From a virus (taxonomy: Duplodnaviria > Heunggongvirae > Uroviricota > Caudoviricetes): DNA of 40,105 nucleotides. Positions 36,092 to 40,105 of this stretch are shown here, in pieces. A program made the position numbers and the translations under genes. Numbering within the stretch: position 1 is the first letter of the stretch; each line of letters opens with the position of its first letter. The notes beneath the pieces are model-generated. The model was not told the origin of the DNA. It saw only the letters and a program-made list of their open reading frames with translations, and did no database searches. The DNA lies in the IMG/VR virus record IMGVR_UViG_2537562190_000015. One strand, given 5' to 3'.

Positions 36092-36140
36092 TGGAGAAAC
36101 CAACCGACCTTGCAAGGTCGATATGATGAGGAGCAGCAAA

Positions 36141-36503
36141 ATGGCTAGCGAACGCAGTACTGATGTGCAGGCATTTATCGGGGAGCTGGACGGCGGCGTA
36201 TTTGAAACCAAAATCGGCGCAGTTCTCAGTGAGGTCGCTTCCGGTGTGATGAACACGAAAACCAAAGGGAAGGTCTCACTCAATCTGGAAATCGAACCGT
36301 TTGATGAGAACCGTGTGAAAATCAAACACAAACTCTCATATGTTCGCCCAACTAACCGCGGGAAAATTTCCGAAGAAGACACCACCGAAACGCCGATGTA
36401 TGTCAATCGCGGTGGTCGCCTGACTATTCTGCAGGAAGACCAGGGACAATTACTGACTCTTGCCGGTGAACCTGACGGAAAACTCCGCGCAGCAGGTCGT
36501 TAA
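36141..36503 (+). CDS. hypothetical early protein (YfdP-like, 120 aa)
   Basis: ATG preceded by GAGGAG at 7-nt spacing; MASERSTDVQAFIGELDGGVFETKIGAVLSEVASGVMNTKTKGKVSLNLEIEPFDENRVKIK…. Confidence 0.6.
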   Translation: MASERSTDVQAFIGELDGGVFETKIGAVLSEVASGVMNTKTKGKVSLNLEIEPFDENRVKIKHKLSYVRPTNRGKISEEDTTETPMYVNRGGRLTILQEDQGQLLTLAGEPDGKLRAAGR

Positions 36504-36568
36504 TATCGTTCGTAATAAACTGATTATTTATCTCATCACTGAATATCTTTATATAGTGAGGACTTATT

Positions 36569-37393
36569 ATGTCTCAGAACTTAGACGCAACCGCAATTAA
36601 TCAAATCCATGCCCTTATTTCTGCTCAGGGTGTTAATGAAATTATCAGTAAGATTGGTGCCGATGCTGTGGCATTGCCTGAGAATTTCCGCATTCATGAT
36701 CTGGAAAAATTTAATTTAAATCGCTTCCGTTTCCGTGGTGCACTTTCCACTGCCAGCATCGATGATTTTACCCGTTATTCTAAAGATCTTGCAGATGAAG
36801 GCACCCGCTGCTTTATCGATGCCGATAATATGCGTGCCGTCAGTGTGCTTAACCTGGGTACTATTGATGAGCCAGGTCACGCAGATAACACTGCCACTCT
36901 CAAACTGAAAAAGACAGCACCGTTCTCTGCTCTGTTGTCTGTTAACGGCGAGCGTAACTCCCAGAAGTCACTGGCAGAATGGATCGAAGACTGGGCCGAC
37001 TACCTTGTGGGCTTTGATGCTAATGGTGACGCCATTCAAGCAACAAAAGCGGCTGCGGCAGTCCGTAAAATCACGATTGAAGCAAACCAGACCGCTGATT
37101 TTGAAGATAATGACTTCAGCGGCAAACGCTCCCTGATGGAGTCTGTCGAAGCGAAGACCAAAGACATTATGCCAGTGGCATTTGAATTTAAATGCGTTCC
37201 GTTTGAAGGTCTGAAAGAACGTCCGTTTAAATTACGCCTCAGCATTATCACTGGCGATCGTCCTGTACTGGTTCTGCGCATTATTCAGCTGGAAGCGGTG
37301 CAGGAAGAAATGGCTAACGAATTTCGTGATCTGCTTGTTGAGAAATTCAAAGACAGCAAAGTAGAAACCTTTATTGGTACTTTCACCGCCTGA
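36569..37393 (+). CDS. hypothetical early protein (YfdQ-like, 274 aa)
   Basis: 274-aa [51 protein letters not shown]…; length and neighbourhood match the CPS-53 yfdQ family as recalled. Confidence 0.6.
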   Translation: MSQNLDATAINQIHALISAQGVNEIISKIGADAVALPENFRIHDLEKFNLNRFRFRGALSTASIDDFTRYSKDLADEGTRCFIDADNMRAVSVLNLGTIDEPGHADNTATLKLKKTAPFSALLSVNGERNSQKSLAEWIEDWADYLVGFDANGDAIQATKAAAAVRKITIEANQTADFEDNDFSGKRSLMESVEAKTKDIMPVAFEFKCVPFEGLKERPFKLRLSIITGDRPVLVLRIIQLEAVQEEMANEFRDLLVEKFKDSKVETFIGTFTA

Positions 37394-37520
37394 TTTCATT
37401 ACTGCAAATGCCCCTGCGGGGGCATTTATGGAAACGTAATTAACTCAATAATCACCGGATGGTGAGGGCTTCCTTTTACCAGAATTCAGCGCGGTGCAGT
37501 GCATATACGTGGAGAACAAA

Positions 37521-38057
37521 ATGTCATTTATTAAAACTTTTTCCGGGAAGCATTTTTATTATGACAAGATAAATAAAGACGACATCGATATTAACGATAT
37601 CGCGGTTTCCCTTTCAAATATCTGTCGCTTTGCCGGTCATCTTTCGCACTTCTACAGCGTCGCCCAACATGCGGTTCTTTGCAGCCAGCTGGTGCCGCAG
37701 GAATTTGCTTTTGAAGCGTTAATGCATGATGCAACAGAAGCGTATTGCCAGGACATTCCCGCACCACTGAAACGCCTTCTTCCTGACTATAAACGGATGG
37801 AAGAAAAAATAGACGCCGTAATCCGTGAGAAATACGGGTTACCCCCAGTTATGAGTACACCCGTGAAATATGCCGATCTCATCATGCTGGCAACCGAACG
37901 CCGCGATCTCGGGCTTGATGATGGCTCTTTCTGGCCTGTACTGGAAGGCATCCCGGCAACAGAAATGTTCAACGTGATTCCACTGGCACCGGGTCATGCC
38001 TACGGGATGTTTATGGAACGTTTTAACGATTTATCGGAGTTACGCAAATGCGCATGA
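37521..38057 (+). CDS. HD-domain phosphohydrolase (YfdR-like, 178 aa)
   Basis: His and Asp motif residues in …FAGHLSHFYSVAQHAVLCSQLVPQEFAFEALMHDATEAYCQDIP…; start at the Met preceded by GGAG. Confidence 0.65.
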   Translation: MSFIKTFSGKHFYYDKINKDDIDINDIAVSLSNICRFAGHLSHFYSVAQHAVLCSQLVPQEFAFEALMHDATEAYCQDIPAPLKRLLPDYKRMEEKIDAVIREKYGLPPVMSTPVKYADLIMLATERRDLGLDDGSFWPVLEGIPATEMFNVIPLAPGHAYGMFMERFNDLSELRKCA

Positions 38058-38410
38058 ATGTTTTCGAAATGGAAGGGTTTCTTCGCGGGAAATGTGTACC
38101 GCGAGATCTGAAAGTGAACGAAACAAATGCTGAGTACCTGTTACGTAAATTCGACGCGCTTGAAGCTAAATGTGCGGCACTGGAAAACAAAATAATACCA
38201 GTGTCAGCTGAACTGCCACCAGCAAATGAAAGTGTTCTGTTATTTGATGCTAATGGAGAAGGCTGGCTGATTGGCTGGCGTTCTCTCTGGTACACCTGGG
38301 GACAAAAAGAAACCGGAGAATGGCAGTGGACATTTCAGGTCGGGGACCTTGAAAACGTCAATATCACTCACTGGGCAGTAATGCCAAAAGCACCGGAGGC
38401 TGGAGCATAA
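38048..38410 (+). CDS. hypothetical protein (YfdS-like, 120 aa)
   Basis: 120-aa ORF, Trp-rich C-terminus (…GWLIGWRSLWYTWGQKETGEWQWTFQVGDLENVNITHWAVMP…); overlaps neighbours in operon fashion. Confidence 0.55.
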   Translation: MRMNVFEMEGFLRGKCVPRDLKVNETNAEYLLRKFDALEAKCAALENKIIPVSAELPPANESVLLFDANGEGWLIGWRSLWYTWGQKETGEWQWTFQVGDLENVNITHWAVMPKAPEAGA

Positions 38411-38715
38411 TGACCACATTTACCAATAAAGAACTGATTAAAGAAATCAAAGAACGAATCAGCAGCCTAGAGGTTCGAGACGATATTGAGCGCCGTGCTT
38501 ATGAAATCGCACTCGTATCTCTGGAAGTAGAGCCAGATGAACGCGAAGCCTATGAATTATTCATGGAAAAGCGTTTCGGTGACTTAGTAGATCGTCGGAG
38601 AGCAAAAAACGGCGATAACGAATACATGGCATGGGATATGACTCTCGGTTGGATCGTCTGGCAGCAACGAGCTGGTATCCATTTTTCAACAATGTCACAG
38701 CAAGAGGTGAAATAA
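38410..38715 (+). CDS. hypothetical protein (YfdT-like, 101 aa)
   Basis: 101-aa ORF MTTFTNKELIKEIKERISSLEVRDDIERRAYEIALVSLEVEPDEREAYELFMEKRF…; ATGA overlap with the upstream gene. Confidence 0.55.
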   Translation: MTTFTNKELIKEIKERISSLEVRDDIERRAYEIALVSLEVEPDEREAYELFMEKRFGDLVDRRRAKNGDNEYMAWDMTLGWIVWQQRAGIHFSTMSQQEVK

Positions 38716-39086
38716 TGGAGCCATACAGCCTCACACTCGATGAGGCCTGTCATTTTCTCAAAATATCCAGACCGACTGCCATTAACTGGATACGCACAGG
38801 CCGCCTACAGGCAACACGTAAAGATCCAACCAAGCCAAAATCTCCTTACCTCACAACACGGCAAGCTTGCATTGCGGCGCTTCAGTCTCCGCTGCATACT
38901 GTCCAGGTGAGCGCGGGTGATGGCATAACAGAGGAAAGAAAATGTCACTCTTCCGCAGAAATGAAATATGGTATGCCTCGTATTCGCTCCCGGGCGGGAA
39001 ACGAATTAAGGAATCTCTTGGCACAAAGGACAAGCGGCAAGCTCAGGAGTTGCACGACAAGCGAAAAGCAGAACTCTGGCGAGTAG
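38715..39086 (+). CDS. xis: excisionase-like HTH protein (Xis/AlpA family); 3' extent uncertain
   Basis: [38 protein letters not shown]… is a typical excisionase/AlpA HTH; sits directly upstream of and overlapping int. The frame runs 145 nt into int, so the true stop may be earlier. Confidence 0.55.
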   Translation: MEPYSLTLDEACHFLKISRPTAINWIRTGRLQATRKDPTKPKSPYLTTRQACIAALQSPLHTVQVSAGDGITEERKCHSSAEMKYGMPRIRSRAGNELRNLLAQRTSGKLRSCTTSEKQNSGE

Positions 39087-40105
39087 AAAAGCTAGGGGAT
39101 TTACCTGATGTCACTTTTGAAGAGGCCTGCCTAAGATGGCTTGAGGAAAAAGCTGATAAAAAATCTCTCGATTCAGATAAAAGCCGGATTGAGTTCTGGC
39201 TTGAACATTTTGAGGGTATAAGGCTTAAAGATATCTCGGAGGCAAAGATTTACTCTGCTGTAAGCAGAATGCATAACAGAAAGACGAAAGAAATATGGAA
39301 ACAGAAAGTTCAGGCCGCCATCAGGAAAGGTAAAGAACCGCCTGTTTATGAACCAAAGCCAGTATCAACTCAGACAAAGGCAAAGCATCTTGCCATGATA
39401 AAGGCCATTCTCCGTGCTGCAGAACGCGACTGGAAGTGGCTGGAAAAAGCGCCTGTCATCAAGATACCAGCGGTCAGAAACAAGCGAGTCAGATGGCTGG
39501 AAAAGGAGGAAGCAAAACGCCTTATTGATGAGTGCCCCGAACCACTGAAATCTGTCGTCAAGTTTGCGCTGGCAACTGGTCTGAGAAAGTCGAACATCAT
39601 AAATCTGGAATGGCAACAAATCGACATGCAGCGACGAGTTGCCTGGGTGAATCCAGAAGAGAGCAAATCAAACCGCGCCATTGGTGTGGCGCTGAACGAT
39701 ACCGCCTGTAAAGTGTTGCGTGATCAAATAGGCAAGCATCACAAATGGGTGTTTGTACATACCAAGGCGGCTAAGCGAGCAGATGGAACATCAACGCCTG
39801 CGGTCAGGAAGATGCGCATCGACAGCAAGACATCATGGCTATCAGCTTGTCGTCGTGCAGGAATTGAAGATTTCCGTTTCCATGACCTCAGACACACCTG
39901 GGCAAGCTGGCTGATCCAGTCAGGCGTCCCATTATCTGTGCTTCAGGAAATGGGCGGATGGGAGTCCATAGAAATGGTTCGTAGGTATGCTCACCTTGCG
40001 CCTAATCATTTGACAGAGCATGCAAGGAAAATAGACGACATTTTTGGTGATAATGTCCCAAATATGTCCCACTGTGGAATTATGGAGGATATAAAGAAGG
40101 CGTAA
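38942..40105 (+). CDS. int: tyrosine site-specific integrase (DLP12 IntD-like)
   Basis: 387-aa [53 protein letters not shown]… with C-terminal catalytic R…[11 protein letters not shown]…Y motifs; the stop codon is the last 3 nt of the window. Confidence 0.9.
   Translation: MSLFRRNEIWYASYSLPGGKRIKESLGTKDKRQAQELHDKRKAELWRVEKLGDLPDVTFEEACLRWLEEKADKKSLDSDKSRIEFWLEHFEGIRLKDISEAKIYSAVSRMHNRKTKEIWKQKVQAAIRKGKEPPVYEPKPVSTQTKAKHLAMIKAILRAAERDWKWLEKAPVIKIPAVRNKRVRWLEKEEAKRLIDECPEPLKSVVKFALATGLRKSNIINLEWQQIDMQRRVAWVNPEESKSNRAIGVALNDTACKVLRDQIGKHHKWVFVHTKAAKRADGTSTPAVRKMRIDSKTSWLSACRRAGIEDFRFHDLRHTWASWLIQSGVPLSVLQEMGGWESIEMVRRYAHLAPNHLTEHARKIDDIFGDNVPNMSHCGIMEDIKKA

Noticed and set aside
35755-36126. 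123-aa plus-strand ORF in the GC-rich leader, considered as an N-like antiterminator
   Set aside because: Not Arg-rich at the N-terminus and no RBS; the region is open in most frames on both strands and dominated by inverted repeats, so it is more likely non-coding.
35680-36140. Retron (msr/msd) hypothesis for the hairpin-rich segment
   Set aside because: No reverse-transcriptase ORF is adjacent; the downstream ORFs are small early proteins.
34940-36140. Search for a lambda N homologue and nutL (boxA/boxB) downstream of pL
   Set aside because: No small Arg-rich ORF on the plus strand and no clear CGCTCTTA boxA plus boxB hairpin found by eye; absence cannot be proven without a motif search.

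Overview
The whole window is one lambdoid prophage, read in reverse relative to the lambda map. The left ~22.5 kb is a lambda-type morphogenesis module on the minus strand (tfa, stf, lom, J, I, K, L, H, G/G-T, V, U, Z, FII, FI, E, D, C/Nu3, B, W, A, Nu1), ending at a lambda-type cos site (cosN 22741-22752). Right of cos lies a lambda/DLP12-like late region: small ylcI/ybcW/ybcV-like ORFs, bor, Rz/Rz1, a SAR endolysin, a pinholin, an intact OmpC-family porin on the opposite strand, and a short Q antiterminator. Next comes a nin-like block (DUF968 protein, KilA-N protein, RusA, a LexA-N-domain-only protein, a Dam-type methyltransferase, a PerC-like protein), then an O-like replication initiator with embedded iterons, a CII-like gene, cro, and a CI repressor flanked by operators. 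Beyond CI are an antisense coiled-coil/zinc-ribbon gene with its own terminator, a GC-rich hairpin-dense leader, an early operon (YfdP/Q/R/S/T-like ORFs, xis-like) and a tyrosine integrase that ends at the last base of the window. The most unusual signal is an exact 34-bp wild-type loxP site where gene M should be, removing the 3' end of H and most of M. H also carries two further frame breaks and terminase A one, while the other structural genes read intact, so tail and packaging functions look specifically disabled. Protein identifications rest on reading the ORF translations against remembered lambda and E. coli K-12 prophage proteins; no database search was run. Non-ORF coordinates are hand-counted and may be off by 1-3 bp.
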